Shown: piece by piece, positions 26,541 through 39,847 of the stretch | How positions within the stretch are numbered: the stretch's first letter is position 1 | Layout of the letters: each line of letters starts with the position of its first letter | Source of the DNA: Octopus sinensis | Taxonomy: Eukaryota | Assembly: GCF_006345805.1 (NCBI RefSeq) | Contig: NC_043011.1 | Coordinates: 67,592,464 to 67,656,463, forward strand | DNA length: 64,000 nt | Reading direction: 5' to 3' | Program-made: the position numbers and the translations under genes | Notes under the pieces: model-generated | Databases searched by the model: none | Told to the model about the DNA's origin: nothing | Seen by the model: the letters and a program-made list of their open reading frames with translations, nothing else

Positions 26541-27539
26541 TGAAGAAAACAGGAAAGGGATAGAGATAGAAGGGAAAAGAAAGAGAAAGGAGAATAAAAG
26601 GGCGGTGAAGGGATGGGGGAAAAGCAGTGGAAGATGGAAGGGGAGGCGGGTGAGGGTCCACATCGCCCAGAACAAAAGTGGGGTACTCAACCACGCACTG
26701 CGGCAATGAGTGCAATGCCGTTGCCGCAGAAAATGGCCAGGGCACTCGCAACAGCATCCACACTAACTCGTGGGGTTTCTCCGATCGGCTGCCGTGATCC
26801 CTATTTAGCGGGGACAATCGGTCGCTACAACATGAATGGCCTGAGTAAATAAGATATGAGAATTCAATGGTTTCGACTCCCTCCTCCCCTCTCTCTCTCT
26901 CTCTTCCGCCTCCTACTCCACCTCCACCTCCTCCTCCTACTACTACAACTACTACTACTAAGGAGGAGGAGGAGATGGGGAAGGGGAAAAGAAGAGGAAA
27001 AATACTGTGGGATTTGCTGAGTCACTTCCTTTAGTGATCACGCGACCAACAACAATGTATTTCTAAGAAACGGAATATGAATTCCTGAGAAGCAATCAAC
27101 AGATCAATCTCCTTCTGATAAATTCTAATGAGGCTTTATTTAGCTGAGAGATACAGTGGGTTGGCGTTGGTGGATCCGGAATAGGAATCATATATTGTTA
27201 TCAGTCAACCAATCCTAACCCTACACCCATTGACAAATACAAATTACATAACGGCTACGCATGTCGATCAAGTTCCTAAAAATTAGGAAAAGGAGTTTCT
27301 AAAAATTATGAAAATGCATACCGCGGTTGATTTTCAACACTCACGTCGAAAGGTTTATTGTGGACCAAGTACCATTTACTCGAACACAAGCTATTGTAAT
27401 AAATTCAAACACGAACAAAATTAACTTTTCAGTCAGTTTATGAGATGCAAGATTAAATTTAAACAATTCTGAAATACTTGAAAGACGAGCATTTAAAAAT
27501 CTAAACTTTAAATTTAAGAACAATTTTGTTACTCTCTCT

Positions 27540-27685
27540 CTCTTTACTCTTTTACTTGTATCAGTCATTTGACTGTGGCCATGCTGGAGCACAGCCTTTA
27601 GTCGAGCAAATCGACTCCAGGACTTATTCTTTGGAAGCCTAGTACTTATTCTATCGGTTTCTTTTGCCGAACTGCTAAGTTAAAC
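27540..27685 (-). mobile_element. SINE 3' half
   Basis: Reverse complement of the SINE tail seen at 26300-26540. Confidence 0.75.
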
Positions 27686-27789
27686 GATGATGATGAGATA
27701 TATATATATGTATCGAAATGTAAAAGATTTCCTCACTTTCCCGAATGTCAAACTAATACACCTACCTGTTGTCTATACACATATATTTA

Positions 27790-28153
27790 CCATATATAAA
27801 CAGCAAACTGTCTGTCTGTGTGTGTGCCCTTTATACAAATCCACAATTTTTCAGTTAGAGGGCTCGCACTTTCTATGGCCATTCAAAACCGTCCAAGGGT
27901 GGTCATGCACATCTTTACATTTCCCCAGTCACCCCGCAAAGCCATTAGAAAATCAATAGAAGTGACTTTTTTGTGAATTTTCTATCCAAATCCCAATCAA
28001 AATGCCTGATACTTGATACGCCAATTGAATGCCAGCTACCTGTATGTGATTGGTCGGATATTTGGACAGTACTCGGGTGTATGTGTGCACGTATGCAGCT
28101 GTATATGCATGCACTAGCACTATGACCCGGCGTTGCCGGGTCATAGTGCTAGT
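27790..28153 (+). mobile_element. Helitron-like non-autonomous element
   Basis: Starts CATATATAAACAGCAAACTGTCTGTCTG; ends with hairpin ACCCGGC-GTT-GCCGGGT followed by CTAGT. Confidence 0.65.
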
Positions 28154-28187
28154 GGTAAATAAAGGACGGAAGATAGAATATCGGAGA

Positions 28188-28296
28188 ATTTATGGCAATT
28201 GTTTCGACACGCCTAGTGTCTATCCCTCGCGGGTGAGACAGTAAACAAATGTTTCAGGAGTCACTAGCCGTGCAGATGTGTCTCCTCAGGTGATTA
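28188..28296 (-). ncRNA. Decayed type-I hammerhead ribozyme
   Basis: Minus strand: CTGAGGA-GACAC...GTGTC-GAAA-CAATTG-CC. Stem I and the cleavage triplet are eroded. Confidence 0.55.
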
Positions 28297-28389
28297 AATA
28301 GATACAATTCGTTAAGATATCAGTTCCGCAATGAATCTTCTTATTTCGTAGAAATAAAATCAGCCGCAATAAGGAAATATCTCCATTTA

Positions 28390-28763
28390 TATCTCTCTAT
28401 ATATAAAGCTGAAGTTGTCTGTGTCTGGCAGATTTGGTAGCCTTCAATTAACACTATCTCCTCCGAGACCCTGTGGCGCAAGTTGCGAGTATGATAAAAG
28501 AAGGCTTGCTCTTCCTTCCGTAGAAGAAAAAATTCAAATCGGACCATGTTAACACCAAAAATTATTTACATCAAAAAGGTGCTTTCTTTCTATGAAGATC
28601 CCTATTTTTTACAATTTTGTGACTGCTGTGTTGCCATTTTTCGGTGTATTTCAACCAGAAAAATGTTCACTTAAACAGAATAACAAGCTACATAATGCAA
28701 AATTTTTACTTTTCAAAAATTCCAATTCTAAAGGGTCGAAACAAACCCGGCGATACTGCTAGT
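28390..28763 (+). mobile_element. Helitron-like non-autonomous element
   Basis: Starts TCTCTATATATAAAGCTGAAGTTGTCTGTG; ends ACCCGGCGATACTGCTAGT. Confidence 0.6.
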
Positions 28764-29149
28764 AAAAGATAAAAATAAAATACGCACACACGTATTTGTG
28801 TACATGTATGTGTATATATGTATTTCTGTGTGTATCGAAATATGTTGTATATGTATATAAAATATGGAAGCGAAGCTCTGAGAAATGATGAGTATGAATA
28901 AGAAGTAGTTACCTGTTCAAATATACGTGAAGCATATATGAGTTGTCTTTATTTGAATTGGTAACATGATCAATTTGCACGCATCACTGATCAGAGCTTT
29001 GGTCACGTATTATAATCACGATCAGCCACCGACTGGTGCAACGACTCATATATATGCGTGTGTGTGTCCGTGTGTGTATGAGTTTGTGTATGTGTATGTG
29101 TTTGTGTATGCACGTGTGTGTGTACATATATATATATGTGTGTGTGTGT

Positions 29150-29400
29150 GGATGCGCAATGGCCCAGTGGTTAGGGCAGCGGACTCGCGGTCGTAGGATC
29201 GTGGTTTCGATTCCCGGGCCGGGCTTTGTGAGTGTTTATTGAACGAAAACACCTAAAGCTCCACGAGGCTCCGGCAGGGGTAGTGGCGAACCCTGCTGTA
29301 CTCTTTCGCCACAACTTCCTCTCACTCTTTCTTCTGTTGGCCTGCTCGCATTGTGACCAGCGATGTGTAGCAACATCTGATAGCCTGGTCGGTCAAAGGT
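29150..29400 (+). mobile_element. tRNA-derived SINE (second partial copy at ~29487-29645)
   Basis: TGGCCCAGTGGTTAGGGCAGCGGACTCGCGGTC..GGTTTCGATTCC; the body is repeated at 29500-29620. Confidence 0.75.
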
Positions 29401-29407
29401 GATCACG

Positions 29408-29459
<52 letters not shown>

Positions 29460-29699
29460 ATATTATATATATATATATATATATAGTGGAGGCACGGTCG
29501 AGGGATTGCGGTTTCGAATCTTAGACCGGGCGATGTGTGTTTATGAGCGAAACACCTTAGCCCCACGTGGCTCCGCCAGAAGGTAATGACTCTTTCGCCA
29601 CAACTTTCTCTCACTCTTTCCTACTGCATCTTGCAGTTCATCTGCAATATAGAAGGTATCCTCATTTGATTTATGGCAGTGTTTAAATCTACATGAACC

Positions 29700-30085
29700 A
29701 CTCGTAAGATTTATATTAACATTTTTGAAATTAATTTTTGTATTATGAGAGTTAATTGTAGTTCTTAGGTTCAGCTGGCTAAATATTTTGCATAACTTGT
29801 TTCCTTATCTTATTCATATGGCGTCCATTTTTTTATGTAACACTCCAAGACCGTCTTCCGTGTATAATCCTATATCAGCTTTTTCTATCTCTTTTTTAAG
29901 GATACTGGAATATAAAGGCCAACTACAATATATATAAAAGTCACTACCTCTGTACCACCATAATTCCCCATAGTAATATCAAATGGTTCGTTTCCATTGT
30001 TTTTCACCCAGTAGGAATTATTATGAACAAACAATGACGTCCTTGTATTCATTATAAAGGATGTATCAGCATCAGTGACGGACAT
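29700..30085 (-). mobile_element. Penelope-like element RT fragment
   Basis: YWVK..FDITMGNYGGTEV..VGLYI..DIGLYTEDGLG resembles the PLE RT motifs FDVTMGSYDGAEV and GLYRDDGL. Confidence 0.7.
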
Positions 30086-30129
30086 GATATGAATAAGATG
30101 AGGAATAATTATACAAAATATTTAGCCAA

Positions 30130-31200
30130 CTGAATCTCTGCACTATAATTTGCGCCTGGAAAGACATTCAAGTTACCCAATGATGCAAACAAACTCTCGT
30201 GCTGCCCAGACTGATTCAAGAAAGCCCCGTGGCTTCATTAAGATATACAGCATGATGGTGTCACCTACTGGTATTTTTTGGAAAGAGTTCGGCATAACAG
30301 GATCATATCGACTAAGGAAATTGCCTTCATGACTGGTGTACGTAACTGGGACAAAATTACAGAAAAGATTGTTGGACCTAGTCTTTCCAATCACTACAGG
30401 AAATCAGAAAGTGCTTTTCGGCCCAAGACAGACATATCCGTCGTTTTGAATAAGTAGCTGATGCAAAAACAAAAGCAAGTTATTTTCAAAGCAGATTCTG
30501 TGGCAGGGAAGGCCGAGCATTACAATGGTATGAACATGACACAGGAAACTTTGTAAATCTTGTTAAAGAACTTGCCAAAGAATGCGGTGCAAAAGTAAGT
30601 CGGTGGCTCATAATAGGCTCATAATATCCTGCATGTGATCGGTAAAAAATGGTTTAAAATTTCATGTTTATTGGTATTATATGTGATTGCATCTCTGACT
30701 GCTGCGGTATGGAACAAACATCAATTATTGTCTGTTATGTTTCTGAAGAGCTGAATGTCGCTGAAGATTTTGTCGGCTTTTATAACTCTCCTGACTGATC
30801 TTGGGAGACACTGGCTAAAGTTATTCTGGATTTTTGTTACTGCCAAAACATTTCACTGGACTCAGAATTATGCTGTTTTTCCTTTAATGGTGCAGGTACC
30901 ATGAGCGGAGACATTTCAGGCGTACAAAAAGATTGAAAGATCTGTTTTCTGCTTTATATTTTGAATAATGCGAACAACATTCACTGGATCTCGTCCTCCA
31001 AGACGTTGGCTCTACAGTTCATATTGTCGCTGATGCACTGGACCTTTTCACCAATGCACCATTCTTCTGCAAGAATCACCAAAAAGAAAAGGGCAATGGA
31101 CAGTTCTTTATGATGAGAATATCATCATGCTGCAAACAGTGTGTCCATCTGGTTGGTGGTACATTAGAGCCACACAATTGAAACAGAATGAAAGGAACTA
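30130..31200 (+). mobile_element. Decayed hAT (ZMYM1-like) transposase relic
   Basis: Interrupted IICDCISDCCGMEQTSIIVCYVSEELNVAEDFVGFY..ETLAKVILD..FNGAGTMSGDISGVQKR matches hAT catalytic blocks (DET.D..EQ; YDGA.NMSG..SGVQ). Confidence 0.7.
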
Positions 31201-32223
31201 TAAAAATATTCAAGATAACTTGTTTGTAAAACAATTTAGACCTAAGCAAGTTTCGTCGGGCCCCTACATGGTCTAGCTTATCTCAATAAATGAAGGAAGG
31301 AAGGAGCACTCCGTCGGTTGCGACCACGAGGGTCCCAGCTGATACGATCAACGGAACAACCTGCTTGTAAAATTAACGTGAAAGTGACTGAGTACTCCAC
31401 AAACACGTGTACCTATAACATAGTTCCCGGGGAGATTCAGCGTCACACAGAGTGTGACAAGGCTGGCCCTTTGAAATATTTTTGGAAGATGTATTTATTT
31501 TGACGATTGCAGGATGGAAGACACTTGCTAGTAATTCAAAAACTCACAAACACTGTTAATTAGCAAAATATTTATAATTTGTAATATGGTGTCAAAATGT
31601 GCCACCGGATTACTGACAAGACGACACGGTTGCGGAGTAATCTTGTCAGTGACCAGGTCGCATCTCGCACGACGGAAAATTTAACAACATCAATGAAAAA
31701 AATAAATGTTTAAGTGAAGTTTATAGACATCGTCAACAGTGTTTTTGAACTGCAGGAATGTGTCTTCCGCGTGCAATCACACGGCCTCCGATTTGAATAC
31801 TTACTTGGCAAGTATGCCACCGGAATATTTTTTGTCAAATAGACAAAAAAAAAGAAATAGAAAATACATTTGCTGTTTAAACATACTTCCATTCAAACAT
31901 ATCTCATTACTAATAAGGTCAACTTAGGAAGGTTTGTCTGCTTATTCATGCACATCTGGTTATGTGGGCAAATTCTGTGTCACATACTAATAAGAAAGCC
32001 TCAAATAAATAACTTAAATACTAGTGTAGGTGGTGGTGGTGGTGGTGGTGGTAGTGGTAGTAGTATCGTTTTCCTGCTGCTGCCACTTCGCTGCTACTGC
32101 TGCTGCTCCTGCTGCTGTTCTTGTTTTTGTTACTGCCTACTATACGTCTTCCTTGGATCACGTTGTTATACAGTACTGGATCTACACCGAGAGCAGTAGA
32201 CATCACCTCCTCACATTCCGTCA

Positions 32224-32297
<74 letters not shown>

Positions 32298-33645
32298 TTT
32301 ATCGCTCGAAAGAAAGGTTGGTATTTTCAAAGTTCTGGTTTATACTTGTTCCGACTGTTCTAATGTCCGATACAAAAAAAAAGTGAGACACCAAACAGTT
32401 GAGATGTTACAGTTCTAAATTCAAGAGTTCAGGAATTATGTACACTATTACATTATTTACATTTGGCGGATATTTGTCCGTCAAACAAGATGAGGACAAA
32501 TATCCGTCAAATGTAAATATTGTAAACAATGTAAACAATGTAGTTGAGTTGTTGTTGTTGTTGTTGTTTAAGCCCGTCCCCAGGTCAGTGCTGAATATGT
32601 TTATGGATAACTGCTTTCTTGCTTTGACCATCGTTTATCTTTTTCTGCTTTGGTTTTTCGAGTAGCGGACTACACGTTGTCCAATTCGGTGGTTCTCGAT
32701 CATTTGTCACTTTCTGAACGAGGTCAGACTTTTTCCTGGAAAAGAACAAGAAATCAGTAAAGAAAAGATTTAGGTAATTTTTGCTAATTTCCCCCCACCC
32801 ACGCCACCTCGTTTTCCAATTAAAAGGAAACATGAAATACTAATTAATTACCTGTTTTTCAATAAATATTTTCATTTATTTAAATTTAATGAAATATATA
32901 AAGTAGATATTTTGGTAATGTTTAAAGCAGTTAAAAATTTATGTAGTTTTTTTAACTTCCGTGTTCGTCGTTGTCTCAACACATATCAGTACAATACATA
33001 CATACATACATACATACATACATACATACATACATACATACATACATGCATAATACACACACACATATGTATGTATGTGTATATATATATATATAGAGAG
33101 AGAGGGGGGGAAAGAAAGAGTTGGTGACGTAAAACATGTTTATGTGTGTGTCTGTCATCGGAGAGATAAGAGAGATAAGAGGAGGAAAGTATGGAGAAAA
33201 AAAAAAGAAAGTTTGTTATATAGAAATATATTGATTTTACATAATGAACAAATGTGCAGTAAAACTTATGTTTACAAAAGAGGTTACATTTTAATTTCTC
33301 CTTGTTGTCAACTTGCTTTTACTCTCTATACTTTGTACCTCTGCTACTCCGACCGACACCCATTCCCGTGCGTCAGGGCTTCTCTCTTCTACACCTCTTT
33401 AGACCACACACATTCTCAACTATCTTATTTTCCGTGTACGAGTACTTTGACTACCTGTGACGTACACCTTCACCCAGACTAGCATCCAACATTATCTTTT
33501 CATTTTTTTTATCTCGTGTTTTAGGACTGGACTTCTTCCGCTTATCTTATCTCTTAACGAGCCACTTCTACTCACTATTTCGGTCTGCTTTCTCTCGCCT
33601 TTCACACTATATTTGTAACCACTACAAAACAACTCACACTTGCCA

Positions 33646-33767
33646 ATTTCCTGAAAGGGGAGTCAAGCTTATGGTAATAACTTCATCTCACTGGTCTCTA
33701 GTTGCACATGTCACCTAAGAATTATCGCTATTAGTAACTCTTGATTTCCTGAAACAGCTATCGAGAT
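33646..33767 (+). ncRNA. Decayed type-I hammerhead ribozyme with long stem II
   Basis: ATTTC-CTGAAA-GGGGAGTCAAG...CTTGATTTCCT-GAAA-CAGCTA-TC-GAGAT. Confidence 0.55.
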
Positions 33768-33889
33768 ATGACTTTATATAATTTCCTCGTTTCATTTTTC
33801 TTTTGATTCTGTATCAGTTGTGCCCCATGTAAGTAATTATATCAACACTAATTGCATTTATCTATCTTACTAGCTATATATCTTTTTAT

Positions 33890-34195
33890 GTCTTACTTGT
33901 TACAGTCATCAAACAGCGGCCATGCTGGGGCACAGCCTACAACAACAGTATTTTTTCAGCCTGGTACTTATTCTGTCGGTCATTTTTGCCAAACTGCTAG
34001 GTTACGATGAAGTAAAGCAAAACAAAACATGGGTTGTCTAGCGGTGGTGTGTGTGTGAGCGCGCGCGTGCGCGTACGACTCGCCTTTTCAGATTTCGTCT
34101 ACCAAATCCACTTGGTCAGTTAGTAGAAAAAAACCCTTGCCCCAAATGCCATATAGTGGGGCTAATCCCGGAATCATATGTTTAGAAAGCAACCT
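33890..34195 (-). mobile_element. SINE, degenerate
   Basis: Tail CAGCGGCCATGCTGGGGCACAGCC plus TTTCGTCTACCAAATCCAC. Confidence 0.65.
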
Positions 34196-34381
34196 GGCTT
34201 ATTCCCGGAACTTGCCACCCTCACAATACAAATGGTATTATGATAACATCATGAACATAAAAGCTTACTTGTGAATCGTTACATGATCACTTCTACAACA
34301 AATAGCAGTTAAATACTTCTCGAATCATACAGTTATTATCCTTATAGTGGAAAGACTTATTTACATACATATATAGAATAT

Positions 34382-34880
34382 CTTTCTTTATTAGCCACAC
34401 AGGGCTGGACACAGACGGAACAAATAACAAAGTAGAGCTTTTCTTTTAGGGTAGAAAAAAAGGGAGTGGGGTAGGTTTTCGATCAAAAGAGAAAAAAGAA
34501 AAAAAGAAAAGAAAAAAACGATCAATAGGGATCGTGTATCACAGAAATGTCATGATGTAAAGTGTAAGGGGGGAAGCAGATAAGGTTTATCCGTGGAAAG
34601 AAAAGCCTACGGAAAAGACCACGGTAACCTCGGTCAATAATGTTACATGTTACCACATTTGTTTGCAAGTAAGTAACCCTCTGTTTTAAATTTTTCCGGG
34701 TTCATAGGATTAAGCTCAAGGTGGCTTCGTCATTCATACATGCAATCCTTGCTATATTCACCTATCTTTTTTTGAAACATTTACTAGACAAACTTGCCTC
34801 TCTACTCTCACTTTCCTGTTCAAATGATACTTGAAGTTGATGAGAAATTGACTAGAGAGGAAAGTGTTTGTCTCTACTTC
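34382..34880 (-). mobile_element. 3' end of a Tx1/L1-type LINE
   Basis: Minus strand gives INFFKYHL and KVRVERQV pieces (cf. YFRYHLKSKMGLEK at ~59660) and ends GCTAATAAAGAAA, like 60016. Confidence 0.7.
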
Positions 34881-35003
34881 TTTCAGACGCGAATTTCAAT
34901 GTTTTTTTATGTCCTGTACCCATATATGCATGTATATATACAAATAGGTATGTATATATATGTATGTATATATGCATTATATATATATATATGTATGTAT
35001 ATA

Positions 35004-35058
<55 letters not shown>

Positions 35059-35072
35059 GCATATATATATAT

Positions 35073-35126
<54 letters not shown>

Positions 35127-35188
35127 ATGGTATTTATGGTATGTATGCTATTTATATGTATGGTATGGTATATATGTATGGTATGTAT

Positions 35189-35258
<70 letters not shown>

Positions 35259-35799
35259 GGTATTTAAGACGGTTGGGTGTAATCTGAGAAAGGCGTGGCT
35301 AATATTTTGGGTTGATTGAACAAATGAGCTAATCTTGTAAGAGAAAACGATATATTGAAATGAAAACTATTTCTGGTCATTCATGTGAGATAACTCTTAG
35401 CGCTTATTGAAATACAAAAACATTTCAAGATTCTCCATAGTGACGATCATTTTAATTTAGATTTAATTTTTATGCTGTTCTTTTGTTTGGTTTTCTTTGC
35501 TTGTTTTTATTACTAATTTGCAACAAACCTGAAAATTATTTAATAAACTTTACAATAACGACAAAATATTCTCATTTATATAATTTCAAATAATTTTACC
35601 TCCGTTATATTCGTTTCTCGTTCTTTTTTTCTTTTTTTCTACAGTTTCGAAAGAATTCGTTTATAACTTTGTAATTTCAAAGCTTTCATATCGAGTATCA
35701 TGGATGATGGGTAAATAAATCAATTTCTCTATTCTTTTATCGATTTTAATCATTTGTCTGCGGCTATGTTCATGTGCGTGCTTGAGTGGAATGCATTGC

Positions 35800-36410
35800 C
35801 CTCAGAGCTAATTTTTTAATCATTTGTACCCCAGTGCCTTCTTTGATAACGGTTTCTACTTACAATTTAGCACTTTGCATTTTCTACAGTAGGTAACATC
35901 AAACCAAATTTTACAGTCTTCCCTTAGAACGCTTAAATAAAGAAACTTTTTTCATTGAAAAATACAAAACGCGTCTGAATATGCACGCATAACTAACTTT
36001 TATATTTTAACATATTACATCACTGTACTTAAACCCCCTACTAAACAAGGTCCTCTTTTTTTAAACCTGTCTCCTTTCTGTACACATATTTATTCCCCAC
36101 CCAAATCCTAAACAGTTATCTCCCTTACACACAACAATAACAATAATAAGAACCAATTACATCCCTTTACTTGTCAACTTGTAAAATCATTCACTCGTGA
36201 ATTTCATTACAAACAACATGGACCAAATTTCTTCTTAAGAAAAAATATATATTCATATAAATTAAACATTATATCATGGATAGCGATTGCGAAACCGGTC
36301 GATACATTAAAAATTATATTATAACCATGTAAGTGTGCGTATTTTCCTTTTTTATTTCTTATATACATTACAATCCACCACGTGGGGACAACCGAAATTC
36401 CTCTCTTCTG
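35800..36410 (+). mobile_element. Probable Penelope-like 3' fragment with a hammerhead remnant (36268-36308)
   Basis: RLNKETFFIEKYKTRLN resembles a GIY-YIG C-terminus; downstream TATC...GC-GATT-GC-GAAA-CCGG-TC-GATA. Confidence 0.45.
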
Positions 36411-36434
36411 TTACTACTATATATATATAAATAA

Positions 36435-37735
36435 TCATCATCATCATTTAACGTCCGCTCTCCATGCTAGCATGAGTTGGACGATTTAACTGAGGTCTGG
36501 CGAACCAGACTCCAATCTGATCTGGCAGAGTTTCTACAGCTGGATGCCCTTCCTAACGCCAACCACTTCGAGAGTGTAGTGGGTGCCTTTACGTGCCACC
36601 GGCACGAGGGCCAGTTTGGTGGTACTGGCAACGGCCACGCCCAAATGGTGCTTTTTACGTGCCACCTGCACAGGAGCCAGTCTAGCGGCACTGGCGACGA
36701 CCTCGCTCGAATGTTTCACATGCCACCAGCACAAGTGCTAGTAAGGTGACGCGGTAACGATCACGCTCGAATGGTGTGTTTAAACGTACCATCGGCACGA
36801 AGGCCAGCTTGTTCTGGCAATGATTTCACTCGTATGGTACTCTTAGCACTCCACTAGCAACGGATGCTAGTCACCGAGTTTGATTTCGACTTCGATTTCA
36901 CTTGCCTCAACTGGTCTTTGCAAACAGAGTTTAGCGTCCAGTGAAGAAGAGGCGCGCATAAGTGCCTCTTCTTCCACCCCTAGCACAGGCCACAAGGTTA
37001 TGGTCACACTTGCGCTTGCCGAGTCTTCTGCATCACAGCATATTTCAAGAGGTCCCGGTCACTAGTCATTGCCTCGGTGAGGCCCAATGTTTGAAGGTCA
37101 TGCTTCACCACCTCATCCCAGGTCTTCCTGGGTCTACCTCTTCCACAGGTTCCCTCAACTGCTAGGGTGTTGCACTTTTTCACACAGCTATCCATATCCA
37201 TTCTCGCCACATGACCATACAAGCGCAGTCGTCTCTCTTGCACACCACATCTGATGCTTCTTAGGTTCAACTTTTCTCTCAGGGCACTAACACTCTGTCG
37301 AGTATGCATACTGACATTACACATCCATCGGAGCATGCTGGCTTCATTCCTTGCGAGCTTACGCATGTCCTCAGCAGTCACGGCCCATGTTCCACTGCCA
37401 TGTAGCATGGCTGTTCGTACACATGCGTCGTACAGTCTATCTTTTACTCTGAGCGAGAGGCCCTTTGTCACCACCAGAGGTAAGAGCTCTCTGAACTTTG
37501 CCCAGGCTATTCTTATTCTAGTGGCTACACTTTCAGTGCACACTCCTTCGCTACTGACTTGGTCACCTAGGTAACGGAAGCTATCACCGACTTCTAGTTT
37601 TTCTCCCTGGAATGTGGCGGAAGTTGTTCTCTGTACATTTTCAGTGTTATTTATAGCTCCCGAGCATCTGCCACATACGAAAACTATCCTCCCAGTTAAC
37701 CTTCCTTTGATATTGCTGCATCTCTTATGTGTTCA
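36435..37735 (-). mobile_element. RTE-clade LINE, 5'-truncated, with (GAT)n tail
   Basis: ORF 37004-37543 (RIRIAWAKFRELLP..RLYGHVARM..GRGRPRKTW) is an RTE C-terminus; tail CATCATCAT at 36436. Confidence 0.9.
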
Positions 37736-37802
37736 CTCTTTTTACTCTCTCTTTTACTTGTTTCAGTCATTTGACTGCGGCCATGCTAGAGCACCACCTT
37801 TA

Positions 37803-38981
37803 TTGGACAAAATTAATGGAGATAACTTAAAATTTCAAACAAATTTATTTTGATATGGGGTAGGATTTCTTTTGGCAGTAATTACAGCTTGAATTCTACG
37901 AGGTATGAACTCGTACCAAGTTTGAATTGTTTCCAAAGGAATTTTTGTCCATTCTTCATCCAGTTCTTGTAGTGATGAATGCACCATAAATGTTCACTAA
38001 TATTGAGATCTGGGGGCTGTGATGGCCAGACAAGACGTTCAACTTCACTACCATGTTTCTCGTGGTGCATTATCATCCTGAAAGATTGCGTTTCTCTCCG
38101 GAAACAGTACCGCAACCATAGGATGAATTTGAGTAATGCTTAAATAATCTTGACTATCAATTCTGCCATGAAGGGAAACCATTGGGCCCGTGGATTTCCA
38201 GGATATAGCCCCCACCCACCCCACAAGATCATCACATATCCTCCTCCATGTTTAACAGTTGGGAGAAGGTAGTTTGGGTCACATGCTTCTTTTGGCTGTC
38301 TCCACATATATACTTGGCCGGTGGTCGGAAATATGGTAAAGAATGACTCGTCTGAGAAAATAACATACTTCCACTGCTGTAGGGACCAATTCTGTAGATT
38401 TTTACTCAACTCTAAATGTTTTGCAGTATTTGTTTTTGAAAGTAGTGGTTTTCTGATAGCAGCCCTCCCGTGAAATTCAGCTTTGTGCAGCTCCCGGTGA
38501 ACAGTTTTTGTGAAAACTGGGTTCTCGAGGTGCAGTAATTTTGAGAGCTGCACTTTTGTGATCCTTTCTAACAATTCGCATAAGAGTCCGACAGTCCCTG
38601 TCTAAAAGGTTTGGATTTCTTCCGGAGTTTTGCTTCGGCGATGAGGTTTCTCACTCTTTCTCAAAGGTTGTCATTACTTTCGAGACAGTACATCTTGATA
38701 CACCAAACATTTCGGCTATTTTCATTGCTCTAACCCCTGCCATACGAGCAGCAACAATTTGACCTCTTTGAAAGTCCGATAGATCTGTCATTTTAATGAA
38801 TTTTAATTACCTTTTTCTGATGATATCTGAAAAGAAACAACAATTTTAGCAAAGCAAGTAAGCAATACTAATAATAAATCAAAAATCGTAAAAATAAACA
38901 AGCTTTTAACTATTTTATAAATATTTCCAAATTATGTTACTATGATGCTAGGTGTTTCTATTATTTTGTCCAACCCCTGTA
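37803..38981 (-). mobile_element. Tc1/mariner DNA transposon with disrupted transposase
   Basis: Transposase from 38791 (MTDLSDFQRGQIV..VIFSDES..TVKHGGG..WPSQPPDLNISEHLW). Right TIR ..TTTTGTCCAACCCCTG+TA; partial left TIR TTGGACAAAATTAATGG. Confidence 0.9.
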
Positions 38982-39044
38982 AATATATATATATTTATAT
39001 AGATATAGATAGATGGACAGACAAACAAACAGACAGACAGACAT

Positions 39045-39151
<107 letters not shown>

Positions 39152-39805
39152 TAAGGTGAAGAAGTTTCATATTCATAAAAGGAAATACATTGAGAACTTT
39201 ATCAAACGAACGTGAGAAATTTATTTCGATAACATATTCTTTTCTAAAGAAGTTACTAGTATGAATCGTTTGGAAAAAGGAAAACTAAAAACAACTTAGA
39301 CATGCTGAACAAGAAGTTAAAACAAATTGCAATAAATTAGATTAACACAAAACCAGTTCTGAAAAATCACAGGCTTTTCTGTATAAAATGCCACATGCCA
39401 ATGGGGTTTCCTTTCCTTGTAACTCTTACTCAATCGTAGTAGCAACTGCTGTAGGTGCGTCAGTGGCTGCCGTTGTGGTAACTTCAGCCAAAGTTGCAGT
39501 AGCGTTGGTAGTAGTTGTCTCCTTTATGAATGTGGACTATATTTGAAATTGGTTGCTATTCAGTTACCAAAGTTCATGCGTGACTGTTGAGGTTTGTAAT
39601 TGCTAAATTGAAAGACAGAGAAAAAGAAATCACAGCGGTAGATTGTTTCTTACGTCGGTCATGAGACCCTTTTGCTATTATTCCCGTATTTTAATTTACA
39701 AGTTATACAACACCATGCACTGTCGGAAGTTAAAGCATATCTATCGACAGCCTGAGTAGAAATTACTTATTTAATTGCACAGACGAAGAGACTTTTTATT
39801 GTGTT

Positions 39806-39840
<35 letters not shown>

Positions 39841-39847
<7 letters not shown>

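Noticed and set aside
29150-29225. tRNA-Arg-like sequence (also 1840-1912)
   Set aside because: Imperfect cloverleaf followed by a SINE body; treated as a SINE head.
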